Positions 1 to 13,649 of a DNA stretch of 64,000 nt are shown here, piece by piece; the first letter of the stretch is position 1; every line of letters begins with the position of its first letter. The stretch lies in NCBI RefSeq assembly GCF_009914755.1, contig NC_060930.1; one strand, written 5' to 3'. Source of the DNA: the human T2T-CHM13v2.0 reference genome, Homo sapiens. Position numbers and translations under genes: made by a program. Below the pieces are notes generated by a model. It searched no databases. It was not told where the DNA came from and saw nothing but the letters and a program-made list of their open reading frames with translations.

Positions 1-178
<178 letters not shown>

Positions 179-559
179 CAAAGAATGGAAATATAGAAAG
201 AAGAATTGCATATTCAAAAGGAAGGTATGGCAATGATAAGTCAGCAAAATGTAAACATGAGTGAAATCATAAGAGGGTGATGATGATTATGTGATGATTA
301 CCGTACATGTTAAAATTTTAAGGTTAATCAATAAGAGAAAAGAAATAGAATGTATGTATGTGTGTTTGTGTGTATTTGCATAAAATAACCATTTTTCCTC
401 CTAAAGAATTCAGAGCTACTCCTATAACAAAACAAACTGATATAATAGAAAAGTGACATGTTGCATTCTGTTTATATGACCATTATTACATTTTTTAAAT
501 TTTATTTTTATGTTTCAGATTGCGTCTTAAAAATGGAAACATTTCCCTACGTATGCAAA

Positions 560-1750
560 ATAACATTATTACATTTAGTAATCATTCCATTATATCTCTT
601 CATACCTGTTATATAATGAAATTTTGCTTACCTGTTACAAAAATGTTCTTTGGAGCTGATTTCATTTTTCCTAAGTAGAATCCAGTCCTTACATGATACC
701 TGGTTATTTTTTTCCTAAAGTTTCTTTTCATCCACAATGGCCCCTTTGTCCTTGACACTGATTTCTTGAGGAAACCAGGCCAATCTCCCCGCATCGATTT
801 GCTTATTGCAACTTTATGGGTTCTGATGATCTTGTTCTTTTTTTCATGTATTTACTGCAAACTGGAAGCTAGAAAAACAACTGGTGAGTTCAAGATAAGT
901 CTTTTTTTTTTTTTTTTGCCTAGACTGTATTATCAATGATGTCATATATTTATTAAACTAATAAGCATATTAATAACTTGTTGGTCCACCTTAGCAATGG
1001 TTTAAAGGTGACAAGCTCTTCATTTTACAGATGTATTTTTCCTTGTGACTGTGTAGTGCTCTTTTGGTATCATAAATCTGTTTAGTTCCCCAGTAACAAT
1101 TCACTTAATAATAATTGATAATCTTTGCCTGAATAAAAAGCTTCATTTTAGAAGTGATGGTTTCTAATCCAATAATTTCTTCTAAATATATTATTTGGCA
1201 TTCTTCTAGAAAGTAGCACTTTTTGCTTCATCAGTTGAGACTATTTGGTTATCTTAAAGTTCTTGCTTGAAAAGCAGAGTAAATGCTTAGTTTTTTCTTT
1301 TTATTTAACACATTTTTAAAGTAAGGAGTTACTTTAAGAGTGACCTCAATTGATAACAAATGCATTTTTTGACTTTCTCTTTTTTGAGTGTCATTATAAA
1401 GACATGGACTTTCATAGATGCCAAGGGGTTCATACAGCTGCAATCATTATTCTTTTCAATGCTTAAATTGACACAATTCTGGCCATTCAAGAACCCTTCA
1501 AATGGAATCTTATGTCCTTTTCACAGACCCCATGTATCTTGGAAGTATTCTAGCACACAAGATACTCCAGTCTCACATTATAACTTATTTACTCATAACT
1601 CCACTCAGCCATTTCCCTGCAAGGACCCGTTTTCCTTTTAGTCTTGAATTATATTAAAGATCATAAGCTGATCCATAAGGAAGATCATGACTACTCTTGC
1701 TACCATTCTCCTCAGCCATTTGAGTAGACAATATGAAGAAGCAGTTACCA
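560..1750 (-). mobile_element. Old L1 3' region (L1MC4/5-like), degraded
   Basis: Blocks such as TGATGGTTTCTAATCCAATAATTTCTTCTAAATATATT and GCTTAAATTGACACAATTCTGGCC...TATGTCCTTT resemble antisense L1MC 3'UTR; boundaries approximate. Confidence 0.65.
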
Positions 1751-1879
1751 AGCTTATTTTATATTCACCTTCTTCCCCTTTTTCTCCCATTTTCCCTTTA
1801 TTGTGCTACATCTACACTGTCATATAATATTTATGTTCTTACAGCCAACCATATCCCTTACTGTAAAAGCTATCACAAT

Positions 1880-2905
1880 AAGTGTAAACAGACAAAACTC
1901 ACCAGTTAGAGCACAGAGATTCTCTCAAAGAGTTGCCTATGTGCTGTTACAAGTAGCAGTTCAAAAACATAGTTAAAAGAATGAGAGTAAAGGAGGTTAC
2001 ACATATATACAAGGAGAACACTGGGGGAATGTAGTATACCTATGTTAATATCACATTAAAGCAAAAACATTAGGAATAATGATAATTATTACATAATAGA
2101 GGAATAATTCTTGTGCAAAACACAACCATTCTGCAATTGTACGTAGCTAGCCACAAATTTTATGAAGTGAAGTTGTCAGAATTTCAAGAAGAAATTTGCA
2201 TCTACAGTCATACAGGAATATTTTGACATGTGTCTGGGATATTTTAACATGTAAGGCAAAAACTTACTAAAACCATAGAGATTAAAATAAAAACTATAAG
2301 CAAGCTTCAGCTGATGGACATATATGGTATTTTGCAGACTATAGTTAAATAATGGACTTCCAAACACACATGGAGCATGTTCAAAAATATCACCTACTAT
2401 GCCATAAAATTGTACCATCAAATACCAAAGAATCAGTGTCATACAAATGACGTTTTCTGACTGATAAAGTTAGAAATTGAAATCAAAGTGGTCAAATACT
2501 AAATATCCCCTTCTAAATGACTCACAAAACAAAGCAATTACATATTAGAACTTGCGGACTGCAAATCAATCATTTCTTAGGAGGAAATGTTCAGCCTACG
2601 ACTATGTTTATTAGAAAGATTAAATGTGAAGGATCAGGCAGCCAACTCAAGAAGTTAGAAAGAGGAAAAGTAGGTTATGTAAAGAAAGCAGAAAGAAGAA
2701 AATAATAAACAAGTTCAAAGCTTAATAAAATACAAGACAAAGTTTAATGGATAGCATTGATGGAGGTATAAACACTGTTCCCTTTAAAAAGACTAACAGC
2801 ATAGAAGACCCCCAGGCAAGGATGATCAAGGGAAAATAAAGAACAGACAAAAAAACAAAACAAAAAAAATTAGGAGTGACAAAGGGCATGTGACAATAGC
2901 TTCAG
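1880..2905 (+). mobile_element. Ancient L1M ORF2 fragment (endonuclease/linker region)
   Basis: A-rich; CAAACACACATGGAGCATGTTCAAAAATATCACC, TTTTCTGACTGATAAAGTTAGAAATTGAAATC and CAACTCAAGAAGTTAGAAA (QLKKLE) are collinear with the L1 ORF2 N-terminus. Confidence 0.65.
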
Positions 2906-3634
2906 TAGGCGATAAACACTGTGTGGATCTTGCCTGTGGCTGTGTTCCGTGAGTAGCCCAATCCCTGGCAGAGTGGGTGCTGCAATAAGACTTGTTGAAA
3001 AACTGCACATGAAGCAAGCATCCTTAACTCCTCTGGCATATTAATCACTAGTATATGAAACAAATTAATTTATTAGATTTTTTCCACATGGAAAAAAATG
3101 ATAATAGTAAGGGAGAGAATAATTTTCTAAGGAATAAGGTGGTGGTTTTAGGAAGATTTAACAATAAGGGACAATACAGGGCCAAAAAGTCAAAGTGTAG
3201 TATAATTGAGCCTCTGCATATCTTCTTCATGAAAAATGCTTTTTGGGGTATCCTACCCCAAAATGGGATGTTAATGAGCTTTCAGAGATTCAATCACTCT
3301 TTTAAAGCAGTAGCTCCACGGTTTTCTTTAACAAACAAACTGAATTTACAACAAAGAATGATATTTTTAATAATATAGTGATACATGAAAATAGAGACAC
3401 ACTCTTCTCCAGTAACAGGTGCTTTGAGGACTGTGTCACTGCAAAGGTTTTAAAAAGGGAAAACTGTATCACAGAATTGCATGCACCTTCAAACAAAAAT
3501 ATTATTGAAGGATATTCCCTAAAGATAATTTTTTTCTTTCCCTAATTGTTTGAAGTGTTGCCAGGTTCCTGGCAAAAAGAACATGAAAGGAAAATACTGA
3601 ATAACATACACAGTATACATATTTATAACACTTC

Positions 3635-3637
<3 letters not shown>

Positions 3638-3665
<28 letters not shown>
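3638..3665 (+). repeat. (AC)14 microsatellite
   Basis: Direct read of the sequence. Confidence 0.97.
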
Positions 3666-6600
3666 GCCTCCTTCTAGTGCTTATTGCTGGGAACAAATGT
3701 GATATTAAGTGAGTATTGATTGGATATAGTCTTCCTGTCCATTGTGAATTTTATATTAGCAAATCAAACCATCTTTGATTGTTCTCCTAGGAGGCTGATC
3801 CTTACCCAAGTTTGATTAAGACAAGTCTGATTACATGACTTTTTCCATGTGGTCCTTTAGATAAACTCTGATATAGAAAGTACCCTGCTTTATTTTTTTG
3901 GCTCAAGAGATAGGACAGAATAGGAAAACGTATGTCTGTCACAAGCTACTGGGGGAAAAAAGTCTTCAGACATTAAAAGCATTTATTCTCTTGATGTTCT
4001 GACATTAGTTGTCAAGTGACTAGCTCCCGATGTTATAGGCATAAGAACTGAGAAAAGCAAATCAAAAGTTATTGTTGCACTAAACTCTCTAACAAGATGT
4101 ATTTGAAGGTGGAATTCCGTGGTAGGAGGGCCACAAGTGAAGCCCAATAATTAAAATTTCACAGACTTTCTTTCAGTTAAATAAAATTTGCATCTTGCAC
4201 AAATTAATTGGGATTTTTTAACAGATGGAGCCGGATCTGGGGTCAGCAGAAAGAGTTTTCAGTTGATTGATGAGACTTGATGAAAATTTCCTACCTCCTT
4301 TATAAAATACAAGAATTTCACAGAGATGATTTGGGTACATCAGTGTAGCTCAGGCCTTAACAACAGGCACAGGCGCCAGAGTAAAATACATTAGGGCCCC
4401 TTCAATGTCTTTTCTGAATCACCTGACGCTGCTCTCATTGGAAGGTGTTTTTCTCCTTCTCCCAATGTGTTGGCTAAGTGACAACACAATGGAGGTGAAT
4501 TTCTCTCAGTGTCGCACTAAACATAGCTGATGCATTGTATAATTTAAGGACATTTATTTCAGCTTTGTGAAATAAGGATCTCAGAGTGGCATCTGTGAAT
4601 AGACTTTCTTGATTTGTATTAAAACACATTACACCCAACCACCACATTAGGGAGTGTAAAAATCCTGTCTTTGTCTGTCATCTGAATGAGTTAAATTTGT
4701 ATGAGGTTTTGCCAGAAATGTCTTAGGCACTCTAGATATTTCTTCTTAAGAGACACGGATTGTATCTTTTACAAGGCTTGAAAAAAACCCAACTTTAACA
4801 TGCTTCTTAAAGATGGAAAAGATTGAAGGTAGAGGCAATTGCAGACACCTATGGAGATATTTTTCTGAACATTTCTCTGACATACCTACTCAGTTTGTTG
4901 TCCTTTGGTGACCTGCATTGTGGGCTGTTGCTCACAGCAGTGGTTGAATATACATTTGTCATTGAAGGGACTAAAAATCCCCAAAGTGTTACTGGCCTGG
5001 GTGTAATGAAACAGACAGCTGAACTCGAACTGATTGAAATGCAGTCTAGCCTACAGCTACAGGCACAGTTAAAGACACAGGCATGGCAGTGCTTATAAAT
5101 TGACTTAGCTTTTAACACTGGCTCCATGGCGTGCCTACCATCCTTGTACGTATGGGGCTTGCTGAACTTGAGATTATACTGAGAATGACATTCACCAGGA
5201 AGAGCTTAACAACCAAAAAGATTTCCACCCCATCATCAACATAAACTATGCATGTTTACACATTTTGAGTCTATGCAGATGTGTTTGTCTACTCATGCAT
5301 ACACACAAAGACATAATGGCTCTGGAAAGTGGAGGTCCAGGGGCAAGAATGAATAATAATAATAATTATTTTTTATCAACTCAACACAGAATCTTCATCA
5401 AATCAAGTTCCATGTGAGTAAGGCATATGTAATTTAGGATAAGGGTTAGAATTCTATATTGGCATCTGAGATTTGAAATTAGGCTTTCTTTGCCTAGAAC
5501 ATATTGGACACCTTCAGTTTCTCATCTCCAAACAATCTCTCCAATGTCATCTTCACTGACTTCCTTAAAGTGGGGCATTGTCGTGAAAAACAGGCAAGGC
5601 AACTGCTGTTATTATAACAAGAGATTTCCAGAGTTTGACCACAGTGCAGTGGGGCTTATTTCCCAGTGTCGTTTTTAGATGTGGTCATGCAGTAATGTGA
5701 CTAAATGACAGTTTGACTTTAGAAGGGATCTTCATCTCTTCTTCGATCTGCCCCCAATACCAGATGGACGATTCTCCATCATTCCAAGTCCTTTGCATGT
5801 GTAGTCACATAAAATGTGTACTAACAATGACATAAAGAATGCATATGGATATGCAGGCCCAGACAAGGCACTATTTCTACCTACTCCGGATTGAAAAAAG
5901 AGGAAAGGTCATCTGAAATCCGATAGAACAGGAAAGTCAAATTAGCAAATAACAGACTGGAGTGCCTGGCTGGTTAGTTTGAGACACCTTTCATTGTGTT
6001 TGGATGAAACACATGTTTCATGGTACTTTATCAGCTAGTTAGCAAGTTGTCCTTGTCTTTTTGCATGAGAATCATGGAAAGACTGAGACCATGACTCAAG
6101 TCTGAAGAGAGACATGGAACGAACAGCATAGACAGAGGGAAGGGGAAGAGCTCAGCCTCCTAGGTTTCAGTGTGTGGGCCTCTGGGCACAGACTTTGCAT
6201 GAAGAGTGCTTATTTCAAGTCTAAAACGCATAGAATTAGAAACTGGATAAAGTCATACATAATTCCATGTTGAAACATGGTTTCTGAACATGTTTTCAAA
6301 TAAGAATGTTATTTTTCCCTTGTGCCTCTGGCACTTTTATACACCTTGCTTCTTCCTTAAATCAGAAGAAGGGAGGGAGTGAAGATTTTTTTTTTTTACA
6401 ACATTAAGCATTGTTTACTTCTCTAGTTACCTTTCTAATTAGACATTAGCACAGTTTACATGCAAATAAAGCAACTATACAGGTTTATGTGTGAATCTGC
6501 TTGTATTTGTCCCTGTAAATGACTGCAGCTAATTTTGGTAAATAATTTATATTGCACTTGAAGGCATAAAATGAATTTACAAATGAGAAAAATTAAAACA

Positions 6601-6969
6601 ATTGTTTCACACCCTCCGACATTTCTTCAAATCTTGAATTTGAAGGTTTTTATATCCCTGGTTGTCCTTAATTATCCTTGCATTGTAATAATTCTTTTAT
6701 AAGGAACTATCAGAAAATCATTTTAATTTTAAAAATCATATTGATGACACTGGAAATATGTTTTTATATTCTGCATTATGAATGTTGCTTTGGAAAATAT
6801 CCTATTATTGCATAAGCAACATAGTAATTGAATTTCACATTAGCAACTGTAATTTAGCCATTTGCTTCAATTTTGAAGACTTAAGTGACCAAATACTCTA
6901 TTTTTCTCAATTACCCCATGTGAAATGCAACTCGTTTAGTGTGTGTATATGCGGGAAATCCTTTGTTGG

Positions 6970-7386
6970 TGATATGGTTTGGAGGTGTGTCCCCTCTAAA
7001 TCTCATGTTGAAATGTGATTCTCAATGTTGGAGGTGGATCCTCGTGGGAGGTGACTGGATCATGGGGGTGGATCCCTTGTGAATAGTTTTAGCACTATCC
7101 CCTTGATAAGTGAGTTCTCTCTCAGTTATTTCACAAGAGATGTGATTGTTGAAAAGAGTGCATGACCCCCCCCATTCCGCTTGCTTCCCCTCTTGCCATG
7201 TAAAATACCTGTTCCCACTTTTCCACCATGATTCTAAGATTCCTAAGGCCCTTGCCAGAAGCCGAGCAGATGTTGGAGGCCATGTTTGTACAGCCTTCAG
7301 AATTGTGAGCCAATTAAACCTCTTTTCTTTATAAATTACCCAGTCTCAGGCATTCCTTTATTGTAACTCAAGAGCTGTCTAATACA
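6970..7386 (+). mobile_element. MaLR solo LTR, MSTB-like
   Basis: TGATATGGTTTGG start, ...AAATTACCCAGTCTCAGG...CTAATACA end; 5-bp TSD GTTGG/CTTGG (1 mismatch). Confidence 0.92.
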
Positions 7387-7429
7387 CTTGGATTCTTAAG
7401 ATAGAGATCCAAACACAATGATGATAACT

Positions 7430-8745
7430 AATTAATTAAGGATCCAACAAATATTTACAGATATTTACATACTGAGACCAAGCAAGTTCTTGAAGTTATG
7501 CATCTGGGTAAATACAAGCCCTACTTTAAAGGACCTCAAAATCTACAGGAAAGGCAACACATAAACACTCATAGTATATGATCAGATGAGCTATATAAGA
7601 GAGGTAATCATCAGAGGCTCTGGCAGAAGAGTGGAAAATAAACTAAACACACAGTTAAGCAGACAGGGTTAGAGCTAGTCTGGAGCCTGTCTGCTGGGCT
7701 TTGGGTCTCACCTCTCCCGTTTACTAGCCTTCTGACAGGGCTCATGCCTATAAATGAGGCACAGATAATAGCATGTAGCTTGTAGAGTTGTTGCGGTAAT
7801 GAAAAAAATGAGATAATATTTGAAAAGCACTTAGAGTAGAAATCATGAAGCCCTGGAATATAGTGCTTTTAAAGTGTCTATTAAATTAATTAATTCTGTG
7901 ACAGAGTTGGGGGTTAGGTAAGGAAATCTTCACAGAGGTGACGTGTTAATTGAATCTTGAAGGATGGGTGAGAATTTGTCATTGTAGATAAGGAGGTTGA
8001 TCAGATGGGCAGCTTTCAAGGATGCCATTCTATATGGGATGCTAACACATCACTTAACAATTAAAAGATTGTATTTATTAGAACTCCTCCCAGGGAGAAC
8101 ACTGATTGTAGTCATAAGGAATGCTATGAAAAGCTGACTGGGAAGAAGAGTAAGACTCCCAAGGGCAATGCTCGTGTAACAACAGATGGCCACTAAATGG
8201 CTTCCTAGGAGACGGGTCTGCTTAACTACTAGATGGTTATTCGGATGAGCTCTTACCCCACAAAGCTTTCAGTCTTTTCTCTGGATTAATATCAATTTGA
8301 CACAGTGCCAATTGCTAGCTTGCCTTGAAGCAAGGTTATGTGGTTATCCCAGGCAGGGAAGAGCCTGTGTATAGGCCTGTGTATATGCGGTGAAAAAATT
8401 CAGTGTGGGGTATAGAAAGCATCTGCAAGAGTGTCAGGAGGTGATGATGGGAAGACAGATGGTGCCATGGGGTGAAGGGCCCTAGACACACATGAATGAG
8501 TTTAGGCTCAATCCTTTAGCAATGGATAGCTATTGATGGACTATAAGCTGGGGATAATGTAAGTAGTGTTGTATTCAATACGATGGCTCTGTCTAGGAGG
8601 CGACTGGAGGCAGGGAAATTCTACAGGAGGCTTTTAAAACAGTCCAGGAGCTGAATCTGAAATAAGCCACTGGTTGTGGGGATGAAGAGGAATTGGACTC
8701 AAGGATCAGGAGAGGGCAGCAGATGTAGACTTTGGTGACCAAAAG
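7430..8745 (-). mobile_element. Fragmented L2 (about 7430-7640, 7890-8000, 8350-8745), interrupted by MIR and an unassigned segment
   Basis: CAACAAATATTTA 3' signature, TGAATCTTGAAGGATGGGTGAGAATTTG and GACTGGAGGCAGGGA are typical antisense L2 blocks. Confidence 0.65.
7650..7885 (+). mobile_element. MIR SINE
   Basis: TCTGGAGCCTGTCTGCTGGG...TAGAGTTGTTGCGG...ATGAGATAATATTTGAAAAGCACTTAG. Confidence 0.7.
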
Positions 8746-8796
8746 ATGCAGGAGGTTATTTTATTATTTCTATTGTCATCACTATTTATTCTTTGT

Positions 8797-8818
8797 AAAA
8801 AAAAAAAAAAAAAAAAAA
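8797..8818 (+). repeat. Poly(A)22 tract
   Basis: Direct read. Confidence 0.95.
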
Positions 8819-9929
8819 GTAAAAACTCATAATAATACTACCAAGCCCTACCAAGGAAAATCTGAATATGCAAGTTGGAAACCAGGGGTAGCTTTTGCCA
8901 CATCAGAGCAGTCTTGGCACTTGGGTATTCCAAGATATGCAGATTTCTTGAAAGAGTTCAAATCAATTACGAACTATTGTTACTCAGAAATGTAATTATT
9001 TACAACTTCTCAAACCCAAGCTTAATTATTAATAAATATTATGTGTGTGTGCTTTTCTAGGAAGAAATACTCAATGCAACCTCCTTCATCATAAAAGATA
9101 AGCCAACATACAAACAAAGAAGAAAATTATACAAAACTCGATTCCTCTTTTTTGGGGGGGGCTTCAATTATGTGAATGTTTCATTGGGATTTTATTTATG
9201 TCTGTCACTCCTATGAATTCCTTCTCCTGTCCCCTTCTCTGAAAGGAATTTGCAGAAGTCTACATATTCTTTGAACTTTAAAACCCTTGGCTTTCCAGTA
9301 GCTTAATTAAGAATTCTTTAGCTTAAGTAGGTTATATATATCTTTGTTCTATCCTAATTGGGCTGTGAGCCAAGTCTCTGAGCATTTCTCGAATAACATT
9401 TCTGACATATTTTTCATTGCCACTTCATTGTAACTCCTCTCAGCCTTTCTGTCTACTCTACGAGATGAATGAGCTCTGCCTCCAACAGATTTCCTGTAGG
9501 AAAGATTGGAACTTCTTTCTCCCTTATAAGCCATATAGTCTCGTATGAAACAGAAATTTTTATTGAACTCAAAGCAACTAAGGAAAATATGTATAACATT
9601 GTGTTTGGAGCATTGAAATAATATCCAGCCTAAAACCCTTTGTGTGAAGAGGGACTTCCTTGATACTAGCTTTTTAGATGCTCAGTGAACCAGCGTTGGC
9701 AGTTCCAGCTGGCTCAGGCTGCCAATGAAGAGGCCACATCAAAGACGTGGAACTCTTTTAACTTGCTGCTCCTCAAGAATGAATTTCACAGGGCAAACTT
9801 GTAAAGGCAGAAATAATGCCTCAAGCAGCCCCTGTGTTTCGGTAGATCCCAGGAAAAGAAATATCTTCTCTGGGATTGAAAACAATGAATTCACTTAAAA
9901 TAAAAAGGGAAAGGGGGAAGGCAAACAGT

Positions 9930-10135
9930 GTTTATTGACTAGCACCTACTACATGATAATATTTGATTCCCACAGAAAACCAGGGAGGTGGATGCCATTC
10001 TTTCCATTTCATAGTTGAGGACACAGATTCCCAAGGGATAATGTGTTCAAGATCACCAGCTGGTAAGCGGAGGAATTGGGATGAAAATCTTTTTACATGA
10101 TGCAGAAGGCCACACTTCTACTGACCCATACTGTC
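9930..10135 (-). mobile_element. MIR SINE
   Basis: CCATTTCATAGTTGAGGACACAGA core and CAAGATCACCAGCTGGTAAG. Confidence 0.75.
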
Positions 10136-10548
10136 TTGTCAGTTTTCTTTTCCTCTGACTTTTAAGAATTTAATATTTAAATACGATTTTCAAAATGTGG
10201 TAACCATAACAGGGAATATCCACATTCCTAATGCCCCTCTTTGCTAAAAGTTTATAAGTCAATTACTTGGAACTTGAAACAGGTTTTGCAAACAAAACAA
10301 AACAGTGATTAAAAAAAGTGGTGAGATTTCAAGGCTAACTCTTTCCTAACCTCTAGTTTGGGTCTTAAAATTAAGATACAATTGGGAGAGGACAATGTGG
10401 ATGGGGAGAAGGAAGAGGATTCATTTCCTAAGGTTGGGATTAGCTCTGTGTAAACTGTTGCAATTGCTGAAGTTTTTCAGTTGGCTTCTTTTTCTATTCC
10501 TTCTTTCACCATTGACCACTCTCCTGGTGTCGTGTCTCAAAAGGCCCT

Positions 10549-11332
10549 TGTATCAGTTTAAATCCAGTTGGGAGAGAGAAACCGCACACTAGATTAAAGA
10601 GTAGAAATTTAATGTAACAAATTATTAAGCTATGATAAGAGACTAACTGTGACGGTGTAAAGAGAACTCTAAAGGTCACCCTAGGGCTGAAGAAGAGTAC
10701 CTCAGAAAGAACAAAGTTAGGAATACCCCTTCCCCAAAGCTGGAGTTGAGACCTCATTGCAAAAGCTGTGGTTGCAGCCGCTGGACGGTGGAGAAGCTCT
10801 CTGGATGGCCCAAGCCTGAGCTGGTTCAGTCATCACTGGGAAAACAGGAAGCAACCTTCTGCAGTACAGGCATGTCAAGGGTGTTCTAACTGTCTGCAGT
10901 GTGGATGAGGCAGGGCTGGTGGGCAGGTATACAGAGGAAGATGAAGTGCTGTTGAAAGCAGGAGGCTGGGAGTGTGTGGTGCTTGCACTGGATGGATTGA
11001 AAGGAAGTGATCACTGGACTCAGGCCAGGGCTGTGAGTTCACCAAGGGACTGTGAACTCTGAGGCAGAGCAGCACTAAGTGTCCTGCAAATACCTGCAAC
11101 ACCATAGAAGCAGCAAAAATCCAACCAACCAAACAACCAAGCAAAAAACCCAGGACACAGAGCCAGCGAGAGGAGCCCCTTTCTCCTGCAATGTCCCTCA
11201 AGTGCCTTCTACTGACAGAGCTTAACAACAGGCTCCATAAAAGAGAAATGTTTAGAGTCTAGTCCTTTATCCTAGCACAGGGACTGAGGGGTGAATGTGG
11301 GGCTAGAAGAAAATAAATGGGCAACTAGCCCA
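10549..11332 (-). mobile_element. Ancient solo LTR (LTR78/LTR33/LTR41-like group)
   Basis: TGTATCAGT...GAGAGAAACCGCACACTAG at left; GGGTGAATGTGGGGCTAGAAGAAAATAAATGGGCAACTAGCCCA at right; GC-richer block with TG...CA ends. Confidence 0.65.
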
Positions 11333-11549
11333 CTTCTAATCAGGGAAGGACAGTCAGATTTGACAAATCACATTCCCAAACCGCCTATTTTTCTTCTTAT
11401 AGATACAATAGTCTTCTCCCTCAGTGAAAACAATTTCACAGGAATGCCAGTAAAGAAAAAGCAAATTAATGTAAATAATTTTATTTTGGTAATTGTGAAC
11501 GGCTGATCACATATCATCATCCTGAATGTGTCTTTTTTGTTGCTATATT

Positions 11550-11614
11550 GTCAGTTATTAGCATAGTGCCTAGCGTGTAGTAGATGTCAATAAGTATCTG
11601 TTGAATGAATGAAT
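11550..11614 (+). mobile_element. L2 3' terminus
   Basis: TAGCATAGTGCCTAGCGTGTAGTAGATGTCAATAAGTATCTGTTGAATGAATGAAT. Confidence 0.85.
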
Positions 11615-12414
11615 CCCAGGAACATTTACTCTTATACAAAAGAAATATTAACTATTAGTGATAATCTATAAGTGGTAGAATTTTGGATAATGAAAATAAG
11701 TGAAATGAGAAAGGAGCTAGGCAAGTAGCATAGGTAAGAGGAATAATTTTGGACAAGTGAACAAAGAATTGGTTTTATTAATGGGCAGAGGGTGGGTGGG
11801 TGTTGATATTTGGAGCAATTCCCTATCTTGCCTCTGTGATCATAGCTTCTTCCCTTCTTCTCTTTTGAAATTACAGATTCACCAGGCCTTCCAAATTGCT
11901 TTGCTACATGTTTCTGAATATAGAGAGGAGATGGGAGGATCCTCTGGGCTTGGGTTTGCCAGCAGGAGCAGTAGGGATTATTTTCTTGATTAGGATTAAT
12001 TTTAATTGGGGAATTGTCTTCATTAGCAGAAATGAGTAAGTGCCTTATTGAGGCTGTGTGAAAATCTGGTTCATGTCTATATTTTTCACTTTCTTCCTTT
12101 GTCACCTAAACATGATTTGAATTTTGTTATTGCCAGAGGAATCAGCAAGGCTCAGATTTATTATCTGTGTATGTGTCTGTCTTTTTACTAATTTATTTAT
12201 GATTATCCACCTTTTTGAAAAAATGATTTAAAGCAAACATAATTAAATCACATAAAAGATTAATAAAAAAGGCCAAGAAGAAGGACTAGAAACACATAAA
12301 AGGGGAAAATGACACCAAAAGTTAAAATAATACAGCTACTGTGGAGAATGAATATTGTTGGATGCCATATGTTGGGTGCTTCGAATATTGGTTTAGTTTG
12401 AACAATAATTAATT

Positions 12415-12607
12415 TGTGAGCTAAATATCTAGAATCAGACTCTCACTCTGCCACCTGCTCGCTGGGTGATGGCAATCACTCTTCTGGAATCCCAACCTTC
12501 TCCTCTAAAACAGAGGCAGCATTAACATGTTACTGTGATGATTACAAGTGCCTTTGTATGGGAAAATGTTTTGTGACGACATTAGACACGTTTGAGATGT
12601 TACTATG
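12415..12607 (+). mobile_element. MIR (degraded)
   Basis: AGAATCAGAC...CTCTGCCAC...GCTGGGTGA...CCTCTAAAACAG. Confidence 0.55.
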
Positions 12608-13014
12608 AGGGAAGCGATCTGCACATGCTTTTCATGTTTAAAAGGTGGGTAATAAGACTGGCATTTAATTATGAAAAGATAAACTCATATTTGCTGGCCA
12701 CAATAGTGGTAATCCAGTTGTTCCCAGGAGGACTGTAGGGGTATCTAGGCTTAGTGTCCAAATGTTCTCAAAAGGGAAATGCCTGGCTGGATGCCTGGCT
12801 GAGACTCCACAGCTCACAACCACAAAGTATAAAAGAGTTAAAATGACCTAGATATTTTTAAGAGCAAATATTATTAATCAATTATCAAATCCAAAAAGAA
12901 CCACCCAAAAATGTGAATTTTAAATAATACTCCTGAAAAGTTAGCTACAAAAGACACCCCGAAGTACATAGCAAATTTATGCTCATGACAGAAGTTCCTT
13001 ATTACTAACAATGA

Positions 13015-13357
<343 letters not shown>

Positions 13358-13649
13358 CCAAACAGAACTTTTGATTTGAGATTGACTGTGTGATTAACCT
13401 ACAGCTTCATAAAATGGATCTTGAGAGCAACATTCTGGAGGTTAATATCCAGTTTAGGGATTCAGAGCATGTTTCTTAGGGCCTTGTATGGTGTCTGGGA
13501 CAAAAGTAGGTGTTGGATAAATGCATTAACTCACTCTGCTTCATTTCCTGAGAACTTCGGGGAAAAGTGATCCTGAGAAGCCAATGACTCCTGTCTGAGA
13601 TACCCACTATCTTTCCTGCTGTTCCACTTGACCACAGCAGAGATGGCAT

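Noticed and set aside
4222-4266. AG|ATG followed by a 13-codon ORF (MEPDLGSAERVFS*)
   Set aside because: Weak pyrimidine tract, very short, and better explained as an E-box
4823-5127. Overlapping antiparallel 91- and 92-aa ORFs in unique DNA
   Set aside because: No recognisable homology and no clear exon boundaries; Cys richness does not fit a known motif. PhyloCSF would settle it.
11632-12105. Longest ORF (157 aa, minus strand)
   Set aside because: GTG start, no recognisable domain and no convincing splice context; length is compatible with chance in six frames of 64 kb
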